DNA from: an uncultured Verrucomicrobiae bacterium
GTDB lineage: Bacteria; Verrucomicrobiota; Verrucomicrobiia; Chthoniobacterales; UBA10450
Assembly (NCBI GenBank): GCA_963834385.1
Contig: CAWIBO010000002.1
Location: forward strand, 864,001-928,000
DNA: 64,000 nt
Direction: 5' to 3'
How positions within the stretch are numbered: position 1 is the stretch's first letter; every line of letters starts with the position of its first letter. The notes below the pieces were generated by a model, which saw nothing but the letters and a program-made list of their open reading frames with translations, searched no databases and had not been told where the DNA came from. Positions 1 through 10,561 of the stretch are shown here, in pieces. Made by a program: the position numbers and the translations under genes.

Positions 1-218
1 TCTCGCTGCCCTTCATCCCCAGCGCGGCCAATTTCATCCTCGTGCGCGTTGGCGATGGCAACGCCGTTTTTCGCGAACTCCTGAAGCGACGGATCATTGT
101 GCGCGCGCTCAAGGGGTATCATCTGCCGGAATGGGTCCGGATTTCCCTCGGCACCATGGAGCAAAACCAGCGCTGCCTCGCGGCGTTGCGCGAGGTGGTG
201 CAGCCGCGCGATGCCTGA
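1..218 (+). CDS. hisC: Histidinol-phosphate aminotransferase, 3' end (partial)
   Basis: Manual translation of frame 3 gives ...[14 protein letters not shown]...[29 protein letters not shown]...DA*. This is a class I/II aminotransferase C-terminus. The stop overlaps the mnmE ATG. Confidence 0.75.
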   Translation, partial: SLPFIPSAANFILVRVGDGNAVFRELLKRRIIVRALKGYHLPEWVRISLGTMEQNQRCLAALREVVQPRDA

Positions 219-1545
219 CGACACCATTGCGGCGGTCTCAACGCCGCCAGGGGAAGGCGCCATCGCGCTCGTCCGCCTCGCGGGGCCGGACGCGGTCGCC
301 ATCGCGGAGGCGGTGTTTCGGGGAACGGAAACGCCGTCCCAGATGCCCTCACACACGCAACGGCTCGGCGAGATCGTCGAGAACGGGGACCGGGTTGACC
401 AGGTCATGCTCGCGGTGCACCGGGCTCCCCACAGTTATACCGGCGACGACGTGGTCGAGATCAGTTGTCACGGCGGCGTGCTCGTCACAGCCCGCGTCCT
501 CGACTGCTGCCTGCGCGCCGGGGCGCGCGCGGCCCGCCCCGGCGAGTTCACCGAGCGCGCCTTTCACGCGGGCAAGATCGACCTGACCCAGGCGGAAGCG
601 GTCATCGATTTGATCCGGGCCCAGACCGACCTCGCCCTGCGCGCCGCCAGCGAGCAGTTGGAAGGCCGGCTGGGCGCGAGTATCCACGCGCTCCGCGACA
701 GGCTGGTGAATTTGATCGCTCAGGTGGAGGCCACGATCGATTTCCCTGACGAAGACATCGATTCGCAGACAGTGGACGGGGTGCGCGCCCGCCTGACAGA
801 AATCACAGAGACGATTGAGGGTCTGTTGCAGACGGCGGAACGCGGACGGATCCTGCGCGAAGGCGTGCGCGTGGTGATCTTCGGCGCGACCAACGCCGGC
901 AAGTCCAGCCTGCTCAACCGGCTTCTCGGTTTCGATCGGGCCATCGTCAGCGCCACACCGGGAACCACCCGGGATACGATCGAGGAAAAGATCAACCTCG
1001 GCGGTCTCCCGGTGCGCCTGCTCGACACCGCCGGCTTGCGCGAGGCGGCTGACGAGATTGAGCGCGAAGGGATGGATCGGACCCGGCGGTCGCTCGCCCA
1101 GGCTGACCTGGCCCTGCGCATCGTTGACCGGAACGCGCCGCGACCGGTCGGGCAGACGGAGTTGTCGCCGGAGCAGGAGATTCTTGTCCTCAACAAATCC
1201 GATCTGCCGGAGCACTCCGATTGGGCGGGAACAGAGGGCGTGCGGCTTTCCTGCCTGACCGGCGACGGGTTTGACGCGCTTGAGCAAACCATTTCCCGGC
1301 GGCTGGCTGGCGGGAAGTTTGGGGAGCAAAGCGGCGTTACGATCAACCGGCGCCATCGCGGTTGTCTGGAGCGGGCCGGTGAAGCCTGCGGGCGCGCCGA
1401 GGAAACGCTGACTGGTGGCCTTTCGCTCGAGTACGCCGCGGTCGATCTGCGCGCCGCGCTCGATGCCGTCGGCGAGGTCGTTGGCGTGGTCGACCACGAA
1501 CAGATTCTCGACTCCGTTTTCGGCCAGTTCTGCATCGGTAAATAG
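211..1545 (+). CDS. mnmE: tRNA modification GTPase MnmE/TrmE
   Basis: [23 protein letters not shown]-terminus, P-loop [22 protein letters not shown] and C-terminal FCIGK. Confidence 0.97.
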   Translation: MPDDTIAAVSTPPGEGAIALVRLAGPDAVAIAEAVFRGTETPSQMPSHTQRLGEIVENGDRVDQVMLAVHRAPHSYTGDDVVEISCHGGVLVTARVLDCCLRAGARAARPGEFTERAFHAGKIDLTQAEAVIDLIRAQTDLALRAASEQLEGRLGASIHALRDRLVNLIAQVEATIDFPDEDIDSQTVDGVRARLTEITETIEGLLQTAERGRILREGVRVVIFGATNAGKSSLLNRLLGFDRAIVSATPGTTRDTIEEKINLGGLPVRLLDTAGLREAADEIEREGMDRTRRSLAQADLALRIVDRNAPRPVGQTELSPEQEILVLNKSDLPEHSDWAGTEGVRLSCLTGDGFDALEQTISRRLAGGKFGEQSGVTINRRHRGCLERAGEACGRAEETLTGGLSLEYAAVDLRAALDAVGEVVGVVDHEQILDSVFGQFCIGK

Positions 1546-1571
1546 CGCAGGAACACGCGCGCGCGCGCGCG

Positions 1572-1722
1572 GTCATCCCGAGGCGCAGCCGAGGGACCTC
1601 CCCCACGCCAGTCGAAAACGCACGCTCACGCGACGTGTGGGCGACGGCACTTTGGGCGCTACTCTCCCCTCTTTCGGGCGCGCATCCGGAATCGCGAGGT
1701 CCTTCTCTTCGCTCAGGATGAC
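1572..1722. repeat. REP-like palindrome with imperfect terminal inverted arms
   Basis: Left arm GTCATCCCGAGGCGCAGCCGAGGGACCTC (1572-1600). Right arm GAGGTCCTTCTCTTCGCTCAGGATGAC (1696-1722). Intergenic between mnmE and pyrD. Confidence 0.75.
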
Positions 1723-1812
1723 GGCTCGCTGGCTGCGCGCACCAACACCTTCGTTTTCCTTCCGTCTCCCCCCGAAAAGTTTGCATCGAGCGAATGTGTG
1801 GTTTGGTGAAGT

Positions 1813-2847
1813 GTGTCCCCGACCTGTTACCGCTACGGTGTGCGGCCCCTCTTCTTCGCCCTGCCGGCGGAGACGGCCCATCACGTCGGCCTGAACGCGC
1901 TCCGCTTTGCCGCCCGTTTTGAAACCACCCTGCACGCGCTGCGCGCCTCTTTCCCTCAGCCAGACCGTCCGGTCCAGCTTTTCGGTCTCACTTTCCCGAA
2001 CCCGATCGGTCTCGCCGCCGGTTTCGACAAGAACGGCCTGGCAATACCCGCCTTCGCCGCGCTCGGGTTCGGCTTTGTCGAGATCGGGACGGTCACGGCA
2101 CAAGCGCAACCAGGCAATCCCACCCCCAGGATCTTTCGTTATCCCCGGCAGCAGGCCCTCATCAACCGACTCGGGTTCAACAACAAGGGCGCCGACGTGG
2201 TCGCGGCCCGGCTCCGTCGCCTGCGCGTGACATCGCGGTGGCCCTCCATCCCCGTCGGCATCAATATCGGGAAATCAAAGGTTGTGCCGGTGGAGGAGGC
2301 AGCGGCCGATTACCGCTACTCGTTCAAACGACTTGCGCCCCTCGCCAATTACGTGGTCTTGAACGTCAGCTCACCCAACACGCCCGGCCTCCGCCTCCTC
2401 CAGGAAGAAGCGGCACTCAACGAGCTGCTCGCGGTGATCCGTGACGAAAACCAGCTCCTGGCCCGGCCGATCCTGGTCAAGATCGCGCCCGACCTGAACG
2501 AAGCCGAACTGGAACAGGTCGTGGCCGCGTGTGAAGCGCATGACGTCGCCGGTTTGATTGCCACCAACACCACCCTCGACCATTCTTCGATCACCGCGGC
2601 GGGTTACCGCGACCAGGCCGGCGGCTTGAGCGGCGCGCCGCTGCGCGAAAAATCGACCACGCTCATTCGCTTCCTCCGTTCCCGCACCAGGCTGCCGATC
2701 GTGGCCAGCGGCGGCGTCATGGACGCGGAGTCCGCGCGCGAGAAAATCGAGGCCGGCGCGCAACTGGTGCAGGTTTATACCGGCCTCGTTTATCGCGGCC
2801 CGGGGCTGATCAACGAGATTGCCGGTGTCTTCCCGGTCCCTGCCTGA
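1813..2847 (+). CDS. pyrD: Quinone-dependent dihydroorotate dehydrogenase (class 2)
   Basis: Motifs NPIGLAAGFDKNG, GTVT..Q.GNP.PRIFR, INRLGFNN, NVSSPNTPGLR, KIAPD, TNTT and GGLSG. Confidence 0.96.
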   Translation: MSPTCYRYGVRPLFFALPAETAHHVGLNALRFAARFETTLHALRASFPQPDRPVQLFGLTFPNPIGLAAGFDKNGLAIPAFAALGFGFVEIGTVTAQAQPGNPTPRIFRYPRQQALINRLGFNNKGADVVAARLRRLRVTSRWPSIPVGINIGKSKVVPVEEAAADYRYSFKRLAPLANYVVLNVSSPNTPGLRLLQEEAALNELLAVIRDENQLLARPILVKIAPDLNEAELEQVVAACEAHDVAGLIATNTTLDHSSITAAGYRDQAGGLSGAPLREKSTTLIRFLRSRTRLPIVASGGVMDAESAREKIEAGAQLVQVYTGLVYRGPGLINEIAGVFPVPA

Positions 2848-2917
2848 TTCCGCGCCCGGCGCGCGGGCGACCTTGCCTGATTTGCCGGCTCTGCCACTAT
2901 GTGACCGCCCTTTCGCC

Positions 2918-3928
2918 ATGCTTCGCTTCCTTCTTTGCCTTCTGCTCCTTGCCCCCGCGCTTTCCGCGCAGCGGCCGCCGCCCCGCATCTCCGAGGATCG
3001 CGAGCTGAAAGAGTTCGATCTTTCCGGCTGGGATTGTCTTGATCGCCCGGAAGGCACGGCCAAGACGCCCGACGGCGCCGAGCGCAATCGTCAGAAGAAT
3101 CGTCCTTATGTCCCTGTGCCTGGAACGGGTGTGAAAGATCTCGATTTCGCGGGGTTTCTCCGGCACGTCGCCCCGGTTGATCTCTCCACGCGCGGATTAC
3201 GCCGCAAAGAGATCAGCGCGGCGCAACGCGCGTTGCTCGAGCCGCTCGAGAAACAGATCGTCTCGCTCACCGGCTACCTTGTCCTGGCTTATTCCGGTCC
3301 GCCCGAGTCAACCAACTGCGGCAGTGTCGATTTTCACGACTGGCACCTGGAGATTTTCGAGCAACCACAGGACCATCCGCCACGGGTGGGCGATCCGACG
3401 CCGATCATCGCAGAGATTGCGCCGCGCACGCAGACGGAGTTGTTTCGCAGCGGCATCCGGCTGCAGGACCTTGCCGCGTTTATTCGCGCGCCCGACCTGA
3501 CCCATGAGCCGACCGGGAAAAAGGCGGCCCGGGTCCGCGTAACCGGTTACCTGCTCTGGGACGACGACCATAATGGCCGGGCCGACATCGGGGAGCGGAT
3601 CGAGCGCACCGCGGCGAACGGTTATCATAATCCCTGGCGGCGCACCGCCTGGGAGATCCATCCCATCCTGAAGATCGAAGTGCTGGATGGAACAGCGGCG
3701 GTCGGGGCCGCGCCCGGGACGCCGCCGCCGGCCGCCCCCTCGCCTTCCGTGGCGGCCCAGTTCATCACGATCACGCAACCGGTCACGCTCAAGATCCCAT
3801 ACGGCGAGACCACCCTGCCGCGCGGGCTGCGTCTGCCCGTCGTGAAGAGCGATGCGGAAACCGTCACGGTCGAATATATGGGGAAGCGACATCTGGTGCC
3901 GCGGGCTTCGACCGCGCCGACACCGTGA
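2918..3928 (+). CDS. Secreted hypothetical protein with putative OB-fold core and C-terminal SH3-like module
   Basis: Signal peptide MLRFLLCLLLLAPALSA. Motifs ESTNC, DWHLEI, VRVTGYLLWDDDH and RTAWEIHP. Pro/Ala linker before a ~50 aa C-terminal beta domain. Confidence 0.7.
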   Translation: MLRFLLCLLLLAPALSAQRPPPRISEDRELKEFDLSGWDCLDRPEGTAKTPDGAERNRQKNRPYVPVPGTGVKDLDFAGFLRHVAPVDLSTRGLRRKEISAAQRALLEPLEKQIVSLTGYLVLAYSGPPESTNCGSVDFHDWHLEIFEQPQDHPPRVGDPTPIIAEIAPRTQTELFRSGIRLQDLAAFIRAPDLTHEPTGKKAARVRVTGYLLWDDDHNGRADIGERIERTAANGYHNPWRRTAWEIHPILKIEVLDGTAAVGAAPGTPPPAAPSPSVAAQFITITQPVTLKIPYGETTLPRGLRLPVVKSDAETVTVEYMGKRHLVPRASTAPTP

Positions 3929-3981
3929 CGGGCTGATCCGGCGGCTCGACTTTTGGGGCGGGAACCGCCAGAGTTTCCTTC

Positions 3982-4380
3982 ATGAAACGTTCTGCTCTTG
4001 CTCTTCTGGTTTGTTCCCTGCTGGCGACCCCGGTTTTTGCGGAGGAAGCGGTCACCTGCACCGCGGCCGAGGCGAAGGATCACCTGGGCAAGGAAGTGAC
4101 CGTGAAAGACACGGTGATGGACGTTTACAAGGCGAAAGGGGGCAACACCTTCCTCAATTTCGGCGGAAAACATCCGAACGAAACCTTTGTCGCTTTTATT
4201 CCCGTGACCGCGGCGGAGAAATTCCCGGAGGCCGCGAAGATGAAAGGGAGCGTGGTCAGCGTGACCGGCAAAGTGACCGAGCACAAAGGCAAACCGCAGA
4301 TCACGGTGATGTCACCGGAACAGATCAAGGTCGAGACCCCGGCCGCGGAACCCGAGGCGAGCCCAACGACCACTCCCTAG
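3982..4380 (+). CDS. Secreted OB-fold nucleic-acid-binding-like protein
   Basis: Signal peptide, then EAKDHLGKEVTV..V......GGNTFLNFGGKHPN..F and VSVTGKV..HKGKPQI. Confidence 0.75.
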   Translation: MKRSALALLVCSLLATPVFAEEAVTCTAAEAKDHLGKEVTVKDTVMDVYKAKGGNTFLNFGGKHPNETFVAFIPVTAAEKFPEAAKMKGSVVSVTGKVTEHKGKPQITVMSPEQIKVETPAAEPEASPTTTP

Positions 4381-4940
4381 TAGGTGACGTAGTGGACGCG
4401 GCCGTTGATATCGACCCAGTAACGGCTGGCGCCGACGTGATAGACACGGGGCGCGCTGGCCACGTTTGATTTCTGATCATAAGCGCCGCGGTTTAACGCG
4501 GACACAACCGGCCGATCGTTGGCGCGCCGCATCCGCTCAATTTCGCGGCGCTCGCGCTCCTTGCCCTCGGCTTCGAGACGGCGACTGACGATGGCCAGAT
4601 GCCGTTCGCGCTCGGCTTGGAACCGGGCCTGACGATCCGCGTCGGCATTCTGGATGCGCGCAGCCAGATCAAGATCGTTTGTGAGGCGATGGCGGGCGAC
4701 GCGAAACTCCATGACGCCATCCGTCACCGACATTTCATCGCCATCATCCTTTAGACAGGTCACGGCCGTCCCCGAAGGCACACCATGCACGCCGTATTGA
4801 TGCGAGATGCTGGTCGTCTGCATCAGAAAATAGACCCCCTCGGGGGCGAGATTGGGGCGGTCGGGCAGTGTCTTATGCAGAAACCACCCAGCCAGCATCG
4901 CCAGGGCCACGGTGCACAACAGCTTGGCCGTCGTGAACAT
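4377..4940 (-). CDS. Hypothetical membrane-anchored protein with SH3-like module and coiled coil
   Basis: 187 aa ORF with N-terminal hydrophobic helix, an LAPEGVYFL...TNDLDLA segment and a charged helical tail. Confidence 0.65.
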   Translation of the reverse strand: MFTTAKLLCTVALAMLAGWFLHKTLPDRPNLAPEGVYFLMQTTSISHQYGVHGVPSGTAVTCLKDDGDEMSVTDGVMEFRVARHRLTNDLDLAARIQNADADRQARFQAERERHLAIVSRRLEAEGKERERREIERMRRANDRPVVSALNRGAYDQKSNVASAPRVYHVGASRYWVDINGRVHYVTY

Positions 4941-4994
4941 AGAGCTTAATTAGCAGAAAGGCCGCCGGATTAGCCAGCCGAATTTCTCGCGAAG

Positions 4995-7900
4995 TTACTG
5001 CTCGCGCCCGGAAGGAGCTTTGCGCTTTTGTCTGCCACTCCTTGATCCACTGTTTGCCGGTGGAAGGGGCGACCCTGTCTCTGCAATTACTTCTGTGGTA
5101 GGCCCAACCGAGTAGGCCACCGAGGTCATCGCGCTCTCCGGCACGCCTTCCTTGAAAGCCTTCGCCCGAACGGTGGCGGTCGCTTTAAGGGTGAACGGCC
5201 CTTGGAAACGAAGCGCGGGATCGGCTGTCGGAACCGAACCATCGGTGGTGTAAAAGATGGTGGCGCCAGGGGTGGGCGTGGCCATGTTCACCGTAACGCT
5301 CTTGGAATAGGTGCCTCCCCGCGGCGCGAAAATGGGCGGAGCGACGCCGCCCGGTTGAGCAGTGAAAACGTAATCCTGCGGCGGCACATACCAGGAAGTG
5401 CCACTCTTCGACCAGAGACGGACGTAAATCGCCCTGCCGTCGGTCGGGAGATTTTGAACCGTGGCGGAATTGCCGCCGGTCTGGCCGGAATTATAAAAAT
5501 CGGTCCCGGCCGGCGCGCTACCGACGGTAAACCAAAAGGCAACAGCGTTGCCCCGATTCCAGGTGAAGGTGGCGGTTGACCCGGCCAATGGGACACAAGG
5601 CGACGGAGTCAAGATGGTGCCGTAAGCAGGGGGAGTCGCCGAAGGCGTAGCCGAGGGAAGCGGCGTCGGGGTGGGCGCAATTTGAGAGACCGTCACGGTT
5701 TCGTAAAGCCCGCGCCCATGGGTGGCCGCCCGCACCATGCGTGAGGTGTTCTGGATTTCGAGACCGAACACAGCAACATGGGGAAACCCATTCCCGTACG
5801 ATTCCCATGTCTGCCCGCCGTCGGGTGAGTAAAAAGACTCCCGCATCCGTGCCGACGTAGACGTCGCTGGAAGCGGAACCAACCAGCGTGACCGGATCAA
5901 TGGCGATGGCATTGACGGGGATATCGGGCAACCCCGTGGACACCGCGGTGAACTCCACCTGGCCACAGATATCGGTCAGGCCGCCTAGATTCTCCGTTTT
6001 CCAGACGTGAGCCATGGGCGCAGAAGGCGTGCCGAAGCCGTTAAAGGCAATGTAAGCGACATCGCGATTATTCGGATCGATGGCGATTCTTCCCACCGGC
6101 GCCGCCGGGGTGGTGCCAGTGCCGTTGGTGGCACCGGCGCCGGCGACCTGGAGCATCGTCACACCACCGTTCAGGGTCGCGAAAACCTTGCCATTCGACA
6201 ATCCCACGAGGCGTACATTGTCATCCTGAGGAGAGATGGCAATTGCAGTAACGGTCTGACCGGGCTGGAAAACCTGACTAACAATCGAGGAGGTGTTTGC
6301 GCGGTCGACTGAGCGATAAAGCCTGTTCGTCCCGAAGTACAGATCTGTTCGGATTGCCCGGACCCAACGCTTGGGGAGCATAAAACTCAACATCGTCGTC
6401 GATCCCAATTCCATTCAACGTATCCGAGGAGCCATCGCAATACGGCCCGAGACTCCACCGAAAAATACTCCATGAAAGGACCACTCGCCTTCGGTCGCAC
6501 AGGGCGTGACCAGAGTGCGACCGGTGCCGATCAACCCGCCACTAACGTTGAAATATGTGTGGTACATCGTTACATCCACCGTGCCGGTGGCGTTTTGGTC
6601 TATCAGAGTCACCCCGCCGTCGCCGAAATCCGCACGCGTTAAACTGCCGTCCTCCCGCAACAAAATGGTGCCGTTGTCCTGGGTGCCGCCGAGCGAGAAG
6701 TAACGATCCGTCGGATGCACCGCCAGCCCCTGAAATTGCGTGGCGCTAAAAGTGGAGTTGTTCAGTGAGGTCCAGTTCTGTCCGGCATCGGTCGAACGCC
6801 AAATGCCCCCATCGTTACCATGGTAAATGATGGAAGGCGCTGAGGGCGCAACCGCGATGGCGTGCACGTCGACGTGGAGACCCTCGATACTCGAAGCGAA
6901 GCTCGTGCCGGCATCGCCGGAGTATATAAAGACGCCCTCATCGACGCTGCCGCCAACGTAGACTTTGCTGGCGTTTGTCGGATCAATCGCCACGGCCAGA
7001 TCGTAGAACCCCTGCTGGGTGGCAAAGCCGTTCGCCAGCGGATCGGACGAAGCCGATCCAAAGGAGGCGCCGCCATTGGCCGAGCGGTAAACGCGGCCAT
7101 TGGGATCGCCCTCATCGGTCACCGCATACACCGTGACCGCTCCGCTGATGTTCACAAGAGCCAGCTTGACGTTGGTAAAATCGCCCAGGGCTTTGGTCCG
7201 GGTGAAGGTGGGCGTCGGCGCCAGCGCATTCGTGCTGCGATAAATCCCACCGGTGCTGGTGCCGTTTTGACTGAACAAAGCGCAAACAAGATTGTTGCCG
7301 TTGGCAGGGTCCATCACCACCGAGGTCATGATGGCGTTGGTTTCAGAGGGCGCGACGTCCAAACGGGAAAAGACGGGAGTGCCAGTGCCATCAACCCCGG
7401 CGAAAAGGTTCGTTGTTCGATAAAGCCCTCGCGGCGGCAAAGTCGAATAGGCCGTGGCAAAAAGGCCGCCCACCCCCGAGCCGGTGGTGAGAAAAGCGTT
7501 GTTATGATTCGCAGGATCAATGGCGATTCCGACTATTGAACGCCCGGTGAAAATATCAGCGCTGTCGCTGGCGCGCAGGTTGTAGGGACCATGGATCACC
7601 GGGCTGGAGCTTTCCGCCTGCGTCACGATATAAAGGCCATTCCCAAAGAAACTGTCGCCCGAATTATTTCCCTCCCCTGTTCCCACGATCACATTCGCGG
7701 GATTGGTTGGATCGATCGCAACCGATCCGATCGCCAGCGGTGTTCCAATCGCCCCCGCCGAAACTCCGTCCATCAACTGTGTCCACGATCCACCGGCGTC
7801 CAGTGTCCGATAAAGTCCGCCCTGGGCCGTCCCGACATACACGATGCTCGAATTGACGGGATGCACTGCAATCGCCGTCACCCGTCCACTCACCGGATCT

Positions 7901-8205
7901 TGTCGCCCTCCCTCCGTCTGGCCATTCGGGATCGGGAACGGACCCAGCGCCGTCCATGTCGGTCCTACCACTCGCGGACCCACGCTGAGAGGATGGATGG
8001 TCCGGCCCCGATCCTTTGCCCGGGGGAGCTTTTTTGCCGGCGGAATATTTTCGATAAACCTCTTCGGCGGGTTTTCCTTGAGACGCCCCTTCCCACCTAG
8101 TTTTACGGAGTCCGCCGCTGAAAGCAGCGGACAGGCGGAAAAGAGAAAGAGGAACGACAGGAAGAAGGCGGGCGCCGCGAAACGCTGGCTGGGATATATC
8201 TTCAT
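4995..8205 (-). CDS. Large secreted BNR/Asp-box beta-propeller protein (VPS10/GH74-like) with C-terminal Fn3-associated (chitobiase-like) domain; 3 frameshifts
   Basis: Signal peptide, SGRVTAIAVHP, repeated S.D.G.(S/T)W Asp-boxes, HVDVHAIA, GGTQDNG and TIFYTTDGSVP..KAFKEG. Reading continues across frames at ~6450, ~6345 and ~5840. Confidence 0.8.
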
Positions 8206-8306
8206 TTTCTGGGGGAAAGGGCCGCCAATCTTGGCAGGAAACTCCCTCCCTGCAACGCCTAATATTTACGCGCGCAACGGTTTTTTCCCTCAACCTCGGG
8301 AAATCT

Positions 8307-8858
8307 TCATTTTCCCTGCGCCTTCTGCGCCACCGTCTTAAGGTCACTGATACTGCCGTCTGCGAAAATGATCAGGTTGCCATTTCCGTGCATATTCCCC
8401 ACCTCGGCGAACCAAGGTTGTCGCGCCCACCGGTGAGGAGTGGTGGGTTTGTCGTCAAAAGGGGTGGCGACATAATCAATTCTCAGGTTCTGGGATGCCG
8501 CCATATCCGGGTTACCCAGGAGATTTTGGATCGTCGGACAAATCCACGTCTTTTGTTCCACGGCGAACGGCTGCAATGCCGCCATCCACCCCGTAGCATA
8601 GTCACTCATGTCGGCATCGTCGCCGGACCCTGCGGAAATTTGCGGCCAGTGTTGGTTCTCCTGCAGGAAAAGTTCTGCACCGGTGTAGAGACCGCGCAGG
8701 TTGGTCATGCATTGGACCCGCTGCGCCCGCGCGCGCAACTTCATTACAAGCGGAATGCCCAGAGCGGCGACGATGACGATAATGGCAATCGTCATGCCAA
8801 GCTCCAGGAGGGTAAATCCGGCGAGACGCTTTCCCCGCTCCGCTCGAAGCAGCCTCAA
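8307..8858 (-). CDS. Type IV pilin/pseudopilin-like protein with N-terminal methylation motif and H-X9-DG C-terminus
   Basis: G|FTLLELGMTIAIIVIVAALGIP, ARAQRVQCMTNLR and C-terminal HGNGNLIIFADG, typical of the PVC superphylum. Confidence 0.85.
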   Translation of the reverse strand: MRLLRAERGKRLAGFTLLELGMTIAIIVIVAALGIPLVMKLRARAQRVQCMTNLRGLYTGAELFLQENQHWPQISAGSGDDADMSDYATGWMAALQPFAVEQKTWICPTIQNLLGNPDMAASQNLRIDYVATPFDDKPTTPHRWARQPWFAEVGNMHGNGNLIIFADGSISDLKTVAQKAQGK

Positions 8859-8862
8859 GCTT

Positions 8863-9480
8863 CTAACTCGTTTCTGATTGCTTGAAACCGATAACTTTAT
8901 ATTCGATCGGCCCGCCGCTATTCCCGGCGGGATCCGAGGTGCAACCAGTAGGCGGAGGATTCAAGGGATCGCAATTCGGGTCCGGCGCATTCGTTCTGTA
9001 GGTGAGGGAAGCGCGGCCCCGGATACGATTTGCCGCCGAACTGGTCACATTGCGATTCGCCACAATTTTCGCGTTCACGAACTGTCCGTTGGCGTCGTAT
9101 TGATAAAAGAACGTCGTGTCTTCGTCCTGCGCCACCCGCTCCTCGTAAACACTGTTAAGAATACCTGTCAATTTTGAAGAGTCCGGATCAGCCGATGCCA
9201 CAATCGTGCCTTGATAAAAGATACCATTCCGGAAGGTCACTGATTGTCCGGTAGCAAGACCCTCCCTCTTGATGACGAGCGAGAATAGAGCAAGCGAGTT
9301 ATCAGTCAGCGTTACGGGAGGTGGGCCTGGGTCCAGTTCGGTTGGAATTGGCACCAAAACTCCTGAATACGTTCCTGTCACCCGAATTGAACTTCCACCA
9401 TATTGCGGCCCGCCCGGGACGGCGAAAGCCTGCGCCGCCAGGAGAACGACACTCATGAGGACGGCGAACGTGATTTTCAT
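8863..9480 (-). CDS. Secreted hypothetical protein
   Basis: Signal peptide MKITFAVLMSVVLLAAQAFA. Beta-rich body with a Cys pair near the C-terminus. Confidence 0.7.
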   Translation of the reverse strand: MKITFAVLMSVVLLAAQAFAVPGGPQYGGSSIRVTGTYSGVLVPIPTELDPGPPPVTLTDNSLALFSLVIKREGLATGQSVTFRNGIFYQGTIVASADPDSSKLTGILNSVYEERVAQDEDTTFFYQYDANGQFVNAKIVANRNVTSSAANRIRGRASLTYRTNAPDPNCDPLNPPPTGCTSDPAGNSGGPIEYKVIGFKQSETS

Positions 9481-9528
9481 GACGCGAAGGTAGAAACTGG
9501 CGTGTCCGCCGTCAATCCGAATCACGAA

Positions 9529-10515
9529 TTACCGCTCGACCGCAGCCAACACTGACGGAATTTCCACGTCCTTTGGTTCCGGATCGGTTTCCACCGCGAG
9601 TCCCAGCTCGCGCAGCAGGTCGGTGTCCTGGTCGGCGCCGGGATTGGCGGCGGTGAGAAGTTTGTCGCCGAAGAAGATGGAGTTGGCCCCGGCAAAGAAG
9701 CAGAGGGCCTGGCCTTCCCGCGTCATCCGGGTGCGCCCGGCCGCGAGACGGACCCGGGCCTTCGGCAGGGCCAGGCGCGTTACCGCCACCAGCCGCACGA
9801 GTTCGAAAATATCGACCGGCGGCTGCCCGGCCAGGGGCGTTCCCGGCATCGCCATCAAACTGTTGATCGGCACGCTTTCCGGCTGGGGATCGAAGTTGCT
9901 CAGCACCTCGACCAGGCGCAGCCGGTCCTCCACGCTTTCGCCCATCCCGACAATCCCGCCGCAGCAGACCGACATCCCGCTCCCCTGCACCGCCTCGATC
10001 GTGCGCAGCCGGTCGGCAAACGTGTGGGTGGAAACAATCTCAGGGTAATATTCCGGCGAAGTGTCGAGGTTATGGTTGTAGGCGGTCACGCCCGCCTCGC
10101 GCAATTTGCGCGCTTCGCCCGGCCCGATCTGCCCAAGGGTCACGCAAACTTCCATGCCGAGCCGGCCCACTTCGCGCACGGTCTCGAGCACCTGCTCGAA
10201 TTTTTCCGTGCCTTCGCGCACCCCGCGCCAGGCCGCGCCCATGCAAAAACGGGTCGCGCCCTGCGCCCGCGCCTGTTGCGCCGAGCGGACAATCTCCTCC
10301 ACGGGCAACAGGTCCTCCTTCGCCACCCCGGTGGAATAATGGGCGCTCTGCGCGCAATAACCGCAATCCTCGCTGCAGCCCCCGGTCTTGATGCTCAGCA
10401 GCGTGCAACGCTGCACAGCTTCGCCCCGCCAATGTCGCAGGTGCACCGCGCGACTCTGCGAAATCAGGTCGAAAAGCGGTTGCTCGTAAAGGCGCTTCAG
10501 CTCGTCGAAATGCAC
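9529..10515 (-). CDS. bioB: Biotin synthase
   Basis: Radical SAM motif CSEDCGYCAQS, plus RFCMGAAWR, YNHNLDTS, VPIN and GANSIFFGDKLLT. Confidence 0.97.
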   Translation of the reverse strand: MHFDELKRLYEQPLFDLISQSRAVHLRHWRGEAVQRCTLLSIKTGGCSEDCGYCAQSAHYSTGVAKEDLLPVEEIVRSAQQARAQGATRFCMGAAWRGVREGTEKFEQVLETVREVGRLGMEVCVTLGQIGPGEARKLREAGVTAYNHNLDTSPEYYPEIVSTHTFADRLRTIEAVQGSGMSVCCGGIVGMGESVEDRLRLVEVLSNFDPQPESVPINSLMAMPGTPLAGQPPVDIFELVRLVAVTRLALPKARVRLAAGRTRMTREGQALCFFAGANSIFFGDKLLTAANPGADQDTDLLRELGLAVETDPEPKDVEIPSVLAAVER

Positions 10516-10561
10516 GATGCCTCGACGTTAATGGAATCGGACGGTCAGGAAAGGGAAAACG

